A stretch of DNA of 43,237 nt from a virus (Duplodnaviria > Caudoviricetes): positions 1 to 43,237 of the IMG/VR virus record IMGVR_UViG_3300042334_001174; one strand, given 5' to 3'. The notes beneath the pieces were generated by a model. The model saw only the letters and a list, made by a program, of their open reading frames with translations. It was not told the origin of the DNA and did not search any database. Of the stretch, positions 38,801 through 43,237 are shown piece by piece. The translations under genes were made by a program, and so were the position numbers. Each line of letters begins with the position of its first letter. Position 1 is the stretch's first letter.

Positions 38801-41268
38801 TTGACAAACTGCCCAAGCATGGCCTTGAAGGTGTTCCGTGCTGTCTCCTGTGTGGCGGTGTCGGAGAACACACGCTCCAAACCAGTCGCGCCCATGCCCT
38901 TCGTGAGCAAGCCTGTAATCGTGCCAGCCAAGGCGGCAGGCAAGGCGGCCTTCTTCCAGGCCTCGCCATGGCTAAGCCCAGAGTCCTCTTTGGCGGTGCG
39001 GTAGAGGTCGGCGAACATGCTGCCCGCTGTCTGCCCGCCTGCCAGAATAGAAGCCGTCGTCAGGCCTCCGCCCACGGCTCCTGCCCCGGCGATCATGGCG
39101 GCTACGGCGGGCGTCATGCGTGCGCCCATACCCATCACGCGGAGGGCGTAATCGGTGTCGGAGCCTTCAAGGCTCTGCGCGCCCACGACGCTTTGGGTGT
39201 TCTCAGTGTTGGCGGCGGCAAGGTCGGCTAGTGTTTCGGAGCCTGTTACCATTGCGCCCACTCCTAGCGCCTGCGTGGCGATGTCTTGGAAGCCTGCCAG
39301 TAGGCCCAAGCCCACCTGCTCGCCTGCTTTGCGGAACCATGAACGATTCTTCATTTCCTCCATGTAGGCGATGGCCTGCTTGGCGGGGGACTGGCGGGCA
39401 AAGCCTAGCTTGCCCTGCGTGGCTTGGTCCTCTTCAATCTTGCGCTCGCGCCATGCCATGAAATTATCGGCACCAGGGATGTTGGCGGACTTGCTCAGGA
39501 TCTCTACAGCCTTTTCAGCGTGGATTTCTTGGAGTTTTGGAAACGCTTCGAGAGCCTTAGCCTTGCCTTCTGGCGTGCCCTGGCTGGCGTCCACGGCCTT
39601 CTTGTAGGCATCGGCATCGCCCCACATGGTAGGGTTGACGGTAACATTGCCGTCTGGAAGCGTGCGGACTTCTTCGGCGATGGTCTGGCCGGTCTTGGCA
39701 TCTCGGCGCGGGTTGCTCCAGTCAAGCTGGCGGTAGGTCTGCAAAGCCTCCTTGGCGCTAGCTACGTCCAGGCCAGCCTTGGCGGCCTCTTGGGCGAGGC
39801 GCGGCGTTTCCTCTTCGGTTCTCCAGTCATCGGAGTAAAGCCCTTTGGCCCACCCCTCATAAAGTGGCTTGGCCTTTGCCAGCGTCTCAGCCTTGGCCTT
39901 TGCCTGCCCGGCTGCCTCGGCCTGCTTGGCGGCCCGGCCCTCAAGCTCGGTGCCTGCCACGGCCAGCACGTCACGGCGGTCTGCGGCGGCCTTCAAAGCG
40001 GCGTCTGACTCGGCCTTGGCTTCGCCGTTGTGCTCGTCGTAGTCGGTTAGCGACTGTTCTAGGCGGGCCTGCTGGAGGTTCAGGGCTTCGAGTTCTTCGG
40101 CGGATAGGCCTTGCTCAGATTGGAGGCGGCGATCTTCTTGGAAGGCGTTAATTTCCTCCACGATCTTATTCCGGCCTTTGGTGATGAAATCAAGGGTGCC
40201 AACGGCCTGTTCTTCTTGCTCGTTGATGATGTCGGCCTGTGCTTTCACTTCGGCCACTAGGTCGTCATCGGCCATAGCTGTCACGCTGGCGGCCTTTTCG
40301 GCTTTCCATGTCTTCGGGTCAAGAATCTGGCGTTTGATGTCGCGGGCGCGGGCTTTGAGTTCTTGGGCTTTAGCCTCTGCCTCCTTGGCAGGCTTTACCT
40401 TGTCCTTGTAGGCGAGATAGTTCTCAGCGGCGGCCTTAGCCTGCTGGCTGGTCTCATCAGTGGCGGGTGCTGCGGCATACTTGGCGGCGGCCTCGTCCAT
40501 ATCCTGCCCGGCGGCGAACTGGCTCAAGGCAGACTCGGCGGCGGTGAATGCCTCTTCATCTTCCTTGGCGGGCTTGGGGGCCGATTCACGGACATCTTCG
40601 GCGTCGAGTTCGAGTAAGTCGGCCTGATCTTTGAGCCTCTTCACGCGGGCGGCCTCGTCCAGTTTAGCGGCCTTGGCCTGCTTGGTGGCGGCCCATTCCT
40701 CATCTGACTGGAGGGGCACTGGCTCGCCTGTCACGCGGTCGATGTTGTAGGGGCGCTTCTCGCGGGCCAAGGCTAGGCGGCGGTTTTCGGCCTCGCGCTT
40801 GGCGGTGGCCTTGGTGGCGTCTTCGGCTACCTTGGGGTCCACTCCAATCTCACGTTCGCCCACGCCAGAGATGGTTTTAAACACCTTGCCGTCTTTTGTG
40901 ACCTGCCGGGCATTGTTCCACGCGGAACGTAGCCCAGTTGGCTGGCTGGGGTCTGCTTGATAGGGCTCGCCCGTGGTCGGGTCAAGATAGAGGTTTGACT
41001 TGCCGGGGGCCTTCACAAGGCGGCCAGATGGCGTGGCTGGCTTCACAAGGCTGCCGTCGGGCAACTGAACCTGCTCAATGACTTCGCCCGTTTCTAGTGT
41101 GTTCGGCTCGTCCTCTTTGGCTTGGCTGGCGCGACTAGCGGGCCTGCGCCCCACTCGGGCCGGGCTGCCTTGGCTGGCGTAGGACAAAGCACTTTCGTAG
41201 TTCCCAGGGGTGCTGGCAAATTGACGGAGGCGGCGGGGATTGCTGAGAAGGTCGGAGAGGCCGGGCAT
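23830..41268 (-). CDS. Giant polyvalent internal virion/ejection protein (5812 aa)
   Basis: Coiled-coil and hydrophobic N-terminus, GNAT (PAYQRRGIG), zincin (HEFIH), beta-clamp-like domain (LMPMRV), N6A methyltransferase (VLEPSAGKG, NPPF), DUF2293-like segment, and a C-terminal internal-virion-type region (FPFQRTPTNI). Confidence 0.85.
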   Translation of the reverse strand: MPGLSDLLSNPRRLRQFASTPGNYESALSYASQGSPARVGRRPASRASQAKEDEPNTLETGEVIEQVQLPDGSLVKPATPSGRLVKAPGKSNLYLDPTTGEPYQADPSQPTGLRSAWNNARQVTKDGKVFKTISGVGEREIGVDPKVAEDATKATAKREAENRRLALAREKRPYNIDRVTGEPVPLQSDEEWAATKQAKAAKLDEAARVKRLKDQADLLELDAEDVRESAPKPAKEDEEAFTAAESALSQFAAGQDMDEAAAKYAAAPATDETSQQAKAAAENYLAYKDKVKPAKEAEAKAQELKARARDIKRQILDPKTWKAEKAASVTAMADDDLVAEVKAQADIINEQEEQAVGTLDFITKGRNKIVEEINAFQEDRRLQSEQGLSAEELEALNLQQARLEQSLTDYDEHNGEAKAESDAALKAAADRRDVLAVAGTELEGRAAKQAEAAGQAKAKAETLAKAKPLYEGWAKGLYSDDWRTEEETPRLAQEAAKAGLDVASAKEALQTYRQLDWSNPRRDAKTGQTIAEEVRTLPDGNVTVNPTMWGDADAYKKAVDASQGTPEGKAKALEAFPKLQEIHAEKAVEILSKSANIPGADNFMAWRERKIEEDQATQGKLGFARQSPAKQAIAYMEEMKNRSWFRKAGEQVGLGLLAGFQDIATQALGVGAMVTGSETLADLAAANTENTQSVVGAQSLEGSDTDYALRVMGMGARMTPAVAAMIAGAGAVGGGLTTASILAGGQTAGSMFADLYRTAKEDSGLSHGEAWKKAALPAALAGTITGLLTKGMGATGLERVFSDTATQETARNTFKAMLGQFVKGAAEELPEEIADEYFTTVLQESAASADPVATFKNFANTLPELAGVTALMGGAGALMQARRQAGTEGPGMAPNPEEGPAPMPVQPREAGPAPTPAPETLTEQDPIEAATVAGLVAPKRPNPIEAAAQAGLVAPIRPRPQDVAAAAEAGLTAPTAISKAIANQIAKFNPTGATPLPQSVAATAKRTGRPPAAVARQAAAGVVKIAQGQSLESLDIEEQEALGFINKGGKPTPDTKVTPLVYLYKDKPVLRNAAAEWLTDEAQEGLAGLVNLTEAERKAQIDAEEAAAKAKPAASPTKKARPSEIEDWDWTEKGKVRRRATDEWFEEGMANEDVNAAFERAHSVGGENLATHGMAKYGTLSGAFDALMGLLQNNVDPTRGKRGSVEPGGLDVAPLTVGKGSAAAMAGTTGGGTSYRDGPFILVQSAAESKKGKGIKDMASVSAILVNDANAGQLEAIRREVHKLRPDIIVELYSKADEVARQLNQPAKKKAGQAAPAKAESTPQAGPEVKTSDSLSENESSTLSPATTPTPAPAAPARTSSAFAKAAAEADAANDTPAPTAEPAPAKQLGKGAIIKSDVYRSEGDITITGDPVYEDGEWKHPALTQGGRTFKVAERFITSSTPAPAASPTGLSPAQEARATPEQKARAAKKPKQSPPSARRAFGKGAKGGSSYANFQSDTDADAYDYAAKMGKAMSGRNLSDQQMAAEREAAKNKLARVSAKMGIPEAELRSILTYYTAAVREQAKAVAVGEAFTPPTLAEFIASQAKAAPVEARPEPAQTQARPQGGQTEEAKEFRRVTNQSIQLGELAQQSRDAKVARQTEAEQRLQSLSDADLLGMDKNELNDLHADLTRGLGHPYPDKQVLLRQLNKLRQPAQAGQEEASQPAPAAKPPEQMTPEEWRNNHFDENEDRGLPADYFADHQFNETRKNKTQVSSVNGIDFLTDQYGGVHAFDGEKNVGYGDGKAFVVEPAYQRRGIGTEIIAIAKKELPTKRIGSQTAAGQALVASFHKRILADATKANSPVNAAAVDAYGIALPEGYTREGDLYVYRPAPSPAPASQLAGQAEATSLEDGVFSYLQNKYTDKEIIEIATRNKRGAEIVRELKKEGLITKSGEFKRVEKTDPETGEKVTISPGRDTFEFRWGVMAWELRDTVEEYEATKASQAKAQPAQPAGQAEAFKVGDFVRANGKGPVFKIESIGSDGWLYLANGQGSYSAEDAAKILVKSTEDAATKEAVKGGFPGFDSQPAQPPRPATPEGRAEAVLAEYEATVRQSLVGRPDKAAKDLAGRKLDLAKRLRARLKAMTGAVDYDVYAKELREKSGELEVKPVGRKGSILFINPEKLIDRLTAKHATTEAAREGMDTFILHEFIHKAAIGNMDGAKIIGLYNLLTPEAKAASKALYLSDSGLTDFWQDDKEFAAAHEWFAQLVEARLRGKISNQAEIEASQDPAFRDRLLALLRDFVAQLRDIAKLVTDKAQAARIEAEADAVQAIVADMAAKAGLEIQAGPEAAGLINTRPLEEAERNARKRLESLQYPSVGGGKSADKVDKLRKEYAQEKASRQADLDTASAKLKAAYAQNEAQPAPQAKPAQASQTDEADKALAEAFTGLFLPPSGLRLKQTRAQLIKATEDSSDWKDWYQRHEDTLTEFFGVDADLFQRILSVTSQAASVKANVGLALKAYVQLKTGAPFEGYLPAVIKNLQRVKDAAQVQGQKIAAYQQANTGADEVVVVDRHISRMLFGVDSPTAKQFQKGQQVLTQIANVLGWQPRQVQAAMWAASIRKAGNTPESYDSYLRELNKRGTLNDRIGSVVPTGIQNQRSGGSGGLDSTGSNQASLRLPPQGSLEQTDLPRDRRDAMMKAASVLVDAGVKTPAELAARLDKLAPGGQLRQYSRAFWRLMTGFDSTLEEKPDWQAVYQASPAPVAAKADQTLWADLSRFFASENSDGSRAAALKDLKAGTASDDAKGYLIDLLANPNYKGTAKSLAPQLIARLKATMPPATSPEAPTTAEANVPVTAEMVSKWFRAYYGGNAPVTKVLPGLFKIGDSLYGLYSVNKLTDQQVLNGVPFGDSQMLIKEEETAEEVPALPASVTPAQAEAVAEEAAMPEPAKQAAPFDAAAAKGQKKFLLAEVAAAVKAAPKRADMTQEQKDAITNLEDKFRNWDSLNEEERKTYASELAAAKADAERLIGYVTIEVPGDGTFTILNEKEALYRFQKKADKFPVSQAKDDLPAKPTAQAPTAVPALKKAKTTADVVAAVFPMVSTDTTRGEGLQKVKGEGAYLWATNGRFAVRVEHENGGGKGQEAIVYDEKGNAQPWPEGEQNPTMEAIIPDDKAFTPYTLDTARWFSLMSQARAIIKELPNESSTASKAVSLYRNPDGSLGLFASDINRGDYAHNIQPEAKILAAYSPDYFQTVLRVARNLGNEQIELRIGDDVSPATLRAGKALFVLMPMRVNGAPAYSTARPAPPVTAEASPAAPKAAKPRPMNMAGQVRPEKKKAEKFTLPPQEPFKPTAERFAQFYRDYSIPEDVAVKNGEKMMEAIETGEWTNLLHPDNKRSRAIWEAWTRQKLPAGVKASEDAFAKFITEYHATSNPVADLTEEELGRELLRLGPLALKPYASPATKARALALAQENQRRLASASPAAEPPAQPGQTREEAAEAARVFAGKDPSLPPPAPDDLETLQALRDRANRKPYKPDKLTPARLAVGIRAGWVTKTKEAKLTEKGYSQLSEWEQQQNAHERALGAIADKLVDEAVSKWDRENDPTSWEAINAAKQAAAQPGQEAAQPAQAPAPEGQGGQVKPITGFDSARAFIAQLRKGEVTAEQVRTAWAQLKAQRPAILADLNKMKVDELLPMAGMSARKSDGKASIAESVLSTLDLYFNPDDSISYSYGGDFQANKDAAMDEKVAKWTDEMIVEQAKARREAAEASKAAKEKALTNPETPEEWDRFVWSTGRKAMSEAEVKEVLKLKSSQARNDAVRKKGESVLTPEQLAAYDAVRGIDRKAQEQARTEAKARVYGVASGVEADIIETKHTQKGHDLFVVKLSERVERPVYDSLNAASKKLGGYYSSYAKGGAVPGFQFTTRAAAENFIAVSKGETVDQKEQIQERQEAKKSATASRLTAVAEVLDGKADGILNADRKTNTAKRAREAAGQEATARGMKAMAQTMRNLAAAMESGEATHLDGVRMGTHVETLDGMARGAMTYWIRDRKMGMMDREKTEAGGPTAEMMDATRIPYPYLDKGDILRLVEKGRETPGAKLLAERVAKIRMNENEGQAVTLRSDSEMDDVKELAQKVTERGKPVWDTIKWKYETYDRLKAMGLTNLPSLRAALREFLQYRGQAAKEDPIKKMERELVGMKLPGFFPTPRAVIDEMVGIAGIEPGMKVLEPSAGKGDIAEAMQEAGAEVDAIELSNRLRDILTAKGVNVIDNDFTSVEPEPKYDAVVMNPPFENGQDMEHIRHAYKFLKPGGKLVAIMSAGPFYRQDKQATAFREWLDSVGGSHEAMPEGSFAGSDAFRQTGVRTQMVTITKPADEGQPASLALPPAGQAVTAGRDATDTETLYQRLLKKYDEEIDPRPVADFDADQSPITVEFAGKKWEISIRDKTFLAEDVEDSDNGYNAHLDKELTVYQDASWGNVPRNISDIWEEAPGSWWQVPTVDSKDRDTWDAEQPYYAVETNDGESGWMDEEQVTLSLHDAVKMYVKESSEDKRLVYYTGDTTRGKDRFGDWDDIPKLEILAQPSFVEKLQRDFPGMTREEAIDIAKTRNTDNTDTFLVAQAYARHNYTDYDDRLKNARNLDEDTSRERSKARFELRESIQAVMERWTNTSSDESGQVIPLSERFNPASQSILRNPPAPEGGPAASQEASQPEADEEADPDLAAFMAEQQRLAEEEAAAREALRNDPDAIDAVQASGKMSARNLSKQFEYPEARAVYQALTAARDQLGGPETVQLDKLREWAKKTFESDPEKYVQWAADMAEESKLLDVDEQAVLGQAFQFLTREARLTGDKNIRALLNKVGNYYLDTGTRLAQAMSARRDPLESPQERWTKALDIVFGPSEAVRRKLRILPTQAGKARRIASLEAELAEARGSRRADVEAALKTARAQETKEELLEKDDAESEKIKQAVLKNMGVTEDDLMLSGTDRVALQSAILDLPAVKEGLDAYKGKDNDGYNIMRLAFRGFSDEHIANYLNLNQDDVGKFIHDATAAIIRPAVAAQVKAGTGFGGLIKAGFARLKKAVGLGLPPKIRPLEDWRTLIKGKKQTLDQVTAEVNRVMGYALQSAKARNSRKLMSKVINTPNGQKVRVFVPFDPDDMANYYAFAREYTAAKASAFDKVYEYWINWPLLSGPQTQVANITGNAAQVAWHYTGQRLAEATLNLAYQDPNSAQFREFKHILKGFWQGIGPAFEMARETFLTEGDTIRHKYLGQPLEIDVVDGDLDKVGNIRASVGGQAGRISRLPGRVLRFTDAFFKTAIMYAEASAVAYRRAHVEAKRQGLKGQARAAFIDTEIANTLNDTSSAVWGEVMKTAEELLFQDDNSATEIVDTVLGGYKGIKDLEKLLAEAEAKGDSDLAAKLQKRIRSRKFVGSLMRWIFPFQRTPTNIVRTGIKKAGGSAISLLYGLTRAGWLAMGKKGVPVIKSYPKAMQIKDASETLLAGLGWLALASMLEGDDNDDEKPVLLVGTRSHSLKERAATDQFLRKYGGENSIVWQDGKGKVLGSLPFGRYEPAATLLTTWIDAYRNYQEVKRLKSQGENASYSTYMLSSLVSSLEDKSFLQGFANAMQFVRDVEEKRENPDQSAGVKMLMNNVIPNLIKQPLRNMDDVLRERTTAGPGYAALPNPTIAPKLPVFAAQPKISTTGERLPKAFTPPARLLFQANTKVTPQPDALLYRANRLHPTKRWSPQPLQRDDYNADPPGKAKPVPIIDPAKKRQFAELAGRLYAANAAKVAAKAMPSEKAAPGESLIKAFKKAREDAMAAARAQAHAMGLHKATATP

Positions 41269-41274
41269 TCCGCA

Positions 41275-41303
41275 TTTTTAGGCGATGCGGGCGCGTGTGT
41301 CAA
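41275..41303 (-). promoter_or_regulatory. Putative sigma70 promoter for the giant gene (possibly leaderless transcript)
   Basis: Minus strand TTGACA-N17-TAAAAA, then 6 nt, then ATG 41268. Confidence 0.5.
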
Positions 41304-41389
41304 TACAACGTCTCCGCTGCAAACGCACGCTCCGGCCCAAAGCTCGCGGCCCCAGCTATTCCAGCACGTCTCACAGAAAAGCCGGGCCG

Positions 41390-41662
41390 TCATGCCAAGC
41401 CCGGCTTTGGTTTGGCGTGGATTGGTGACAACTGGCGTGGATTCGCGTCTTTTCTGGCGGCTTCCTCTTCTTTCCGCACTTCTTCGCGGGTTTCCTTTTT
41501 GAGGCGTTGCTTGGTTTTTAGCATATCCTCCAAACTTACCTCGCCTTCGATTCCTTTGAGATGGCGGCGAATATCTCGATTCGTCTCGTATAGATCACGC
41601 ATCAAACTACCCTTTGGGGCGTTTTTCTTGCGCGCTTTCTTGTAATCGTCAGGGAGTGGCAT
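41390..41662 (-). CDS. Small basic hypothetical protein
   Basis: Lys/Arg/Glu-rich ORF within the operon. Confidence 0.6.
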   Translation of the reverse strand: MPLPDDYKKARKKNAPKGSLMRDLYETNRDIRRHLKGIEGEVSLEDMLKTKQRLKKETREEVRKEEEAARKDANPRQLSPIHAKPKPGLA

Positions 41663-41673
41663 TGCGGTGTTGG

Positions 41674-42357
41674 CTACTTGGCGGCAGCTAGGCGGCGGCG
41701 GGCATCTGGATCACCTCCAAGCCAACGGCGGGCTCGACCAAGATAGCCTGCCTGCATATCAGCATAAGCTTTACCTGCCTTGGCTCCGGCCACGGTAGCT
41801 TGGCCCACGGCCTTTAGGGCTGGCTTCTCGATTTTATCAACGGCAGCATCGGCTTTTTCGAGGAAGTTCTTAGACTCCCATTCATCGCTCTCGCGCTGCT
41901 TTTTACGGCCAGCCTCGGCAGCCACTTTGGCGCGGGCTTCGGATTGGAGGCGGTGCAGGCTAGAACGCCCTTCATCCTCTGATCTGCGCACGATACTACG
42001 CACACGTCCGGCCTGCTTCGCGGCATCCCGCTTGGCGGTCCACTCGGCCTCCGAACCCTTGGCCTGCCCTGGCGCTGGGCGAGATGGCTTGGCAGGCTCG
42101 GCCTTCTTGGGGGCTTCTGGCGTGCGGGCCTTGGTGATCTGCTCTTGGGTGGAGCGTATCAGGGTGTCCAAGTCTTTCTTGGGCTCGGCAGCCTTCGCCG
42201 GGCTGGCATGGCTGGCAGGCTTGGGCATAGCTGCCGTTTGCCGGGCGGGCTCGGGCTTGGTGGGCTCCTCGTACTTGGCGTAGGCGTTGGAGCGTTTCTG
42301 GCGTTGGGCAGCGTCTTTGAACCATTCTGCGGAGGATTTGCCTTCAATAGTAGCCAT
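41674..42357 (-). CDS. Ala/Lys-rich hypothetical protein (possible ejection protein)
   Basis: Low-complexity helical sequence, upstream of the giant gene. Confidence 0.6.
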   Translation of the reverse strand: MATIEGKSSAEWFKDAAQRQKRSNAYAKYEEPTKPEPARQTAAMPKPASHASPAKAAEPKKDLDTLIRSTQEQITKARTPEAPKKAEPAKPSRPAPGQAKGSEAEWTAKRDAAKQAGRVRSIVRRSEDEGRSSLHRLQSEARAKVAAEAGRKKQRESDEWESKNFLEKADAAVDKIEKPALKAVGQATVAGAKAGKAYADMQAGYLGRARRWLGGDPDARRRLAAAK

Positions 42358-42367
42358 TGTGGTGTGA

Positions 42368-42850
42368 TTAGCGGATTACGAGAGTTCCTTTGCGCCTTGC
42401 CTTGCGGGCCATGTCTAAAAGTCCGGCGGGCTCGGTCATGGCGACTGTCTCGGCCACCTTCTGGCCTGCCGGGCGGGCCATGCCCATGGGCGTGGCGCGG
42501 GCGGGCTTCTTTGGCGTGTAGGCGGTGGGGGCGGTGTAATCGGCGCGCTTTTTCCGAGTAATTGTTCCGGCATTATCCATAGCAACATCGGAGCCCATGT
42601 CTGCGGCCTCTTCGTTGTAGGTGTCCTTGGTTTCCTCAAAAGTGCCCTCATGCTTGGCTTTAGCAACACGCTGGGCGCGCTGCCGGGCGGCCTGAATGCT
42701 GCGACCATCCTCGTAAAGGTGCTCTTGGGATTCATAAACGCGCTGGTTGGCGCGGGACCTAGCCTGATCTGCCCCGCCTTGGGCTAGGCGTGAGTAGCCT
42801 AGAATTTGGCGGCGGCCTTTGGAGTTGTAGCCTTCGGCGTCGTATTTCAT
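42368..42850 (-). CDS. Hypothetical protein (possible ejection protein)
   Basis: TAATG overlap with the upstream gene. Confidence 0.6.
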   Translation of the reverse strand: MKYDAEGYNSKGRRQILGYSRLAQGGADQARSRANQRVYESQEHLYEDGRSIQAARQRAQRVAKAKHEGTFEETKDTYNEEAADMGSDVAMDNAGTITRKKRADYTAPTAYTPKKPARATPMGMARPAGQKVAETVAMTEPAGLLDMARKARRKGTLVIR

Positions 42851-43236
42851 TAGCGTCCGATCTTGGGGGCTGAGATTGGTTTGCGGGCTGATCCTGCCGC
42901 CGGGTTGCGAGCAAGGCTGGCTTGGCTAGCGGCAATCTGCTGCTGTAGGCGGAGGTTTTCTGGATCGGCGGCAACGCGGGCCTGCGCCAAGCCCATCTGG
43001 GCCTTTTTGCGGGCGGCTGCATTGGCGGCGGCAAGGCCTCCTGTAGCCTGATTCAGCGTCATACCACGACGGCCAGAGCCTCCTCGGGCGATACCTCCGC
43101 CGGGCTGGCTCTTGCTTCCGGCTTGGCTGAGGGCGTACTGGAAGGCAGTTTGCCCGGCTGCCCGGTTCTGTTCGGCTTCGTAGTCCTGGGCGTCGGCCTC
43201 GACCTCGGCGGTAGCAAGGTTGGTCTGGGCGGTGAG
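42850..43236 (-). CDS. Partial CDS (5' end beyond the window), Ala/Gln-rich
   Basis: The frame of ORF-track 42850..43062 stays open to the window edge (LTAQTNLATAEVEADAQDYE...). Confidence 0.65.
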   Translation of the reverse strand, partial: LTAQTNLATAEVEADAQDYEAEQNRAAGQTAFQYALSQAGSKSQPGGGIARGGSGRRGMTLNQATGGLAAANAAARKKAQMGLAQARVAADPENLRLQQQIAASQASLARNPAAGSARKPISAPKIGR

Positions 43237-43237
43237 T

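Noticed and set aside
23830-41268. Many long antisense ORFs, e.g. 28436..29494 and 34898..35581
   Set aside because: They are shadows of a GC-rich, Ala-rich gene and contain no recognisable motifs.

Overview
This window looks like most of a GC-rich tailed (podovirus-like) phage or prophage genome in two converging arms. The + strand arm (1-4936) holds a DUF1376/YdaU-type replication initiator, a DnaB helicase and small accessory genes. The - strand arm (4890-43237) holds a tail nozzle and adaptor, three HTH-like genes, a decoration protein, an N4-gp56/DUF4043-type major capsid protein, a scaffold, a glycosyltransferase/FkbM trio, a CHAP endolysin and membrane proteins, tail fibres, the portal and a 5812-aa polyvalent ejection protein. 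No terminase or integrase is visible. The most striking feature, not shown by the ORF track, is an array at 2712-4395 of four integron-like gene cassettes bounded by attC-type hairpins. The hairpins have AAC/GTT boxes and two extrahelical bases, and each cassette's two ends are perfectly complementary. The cassette genes lie on the strand opposite to the canonical integron arrangement, and the attC sites themselves encode stop codons, start codons and translational coupling. All family assignments are from motif recognition by eye, not database searches.
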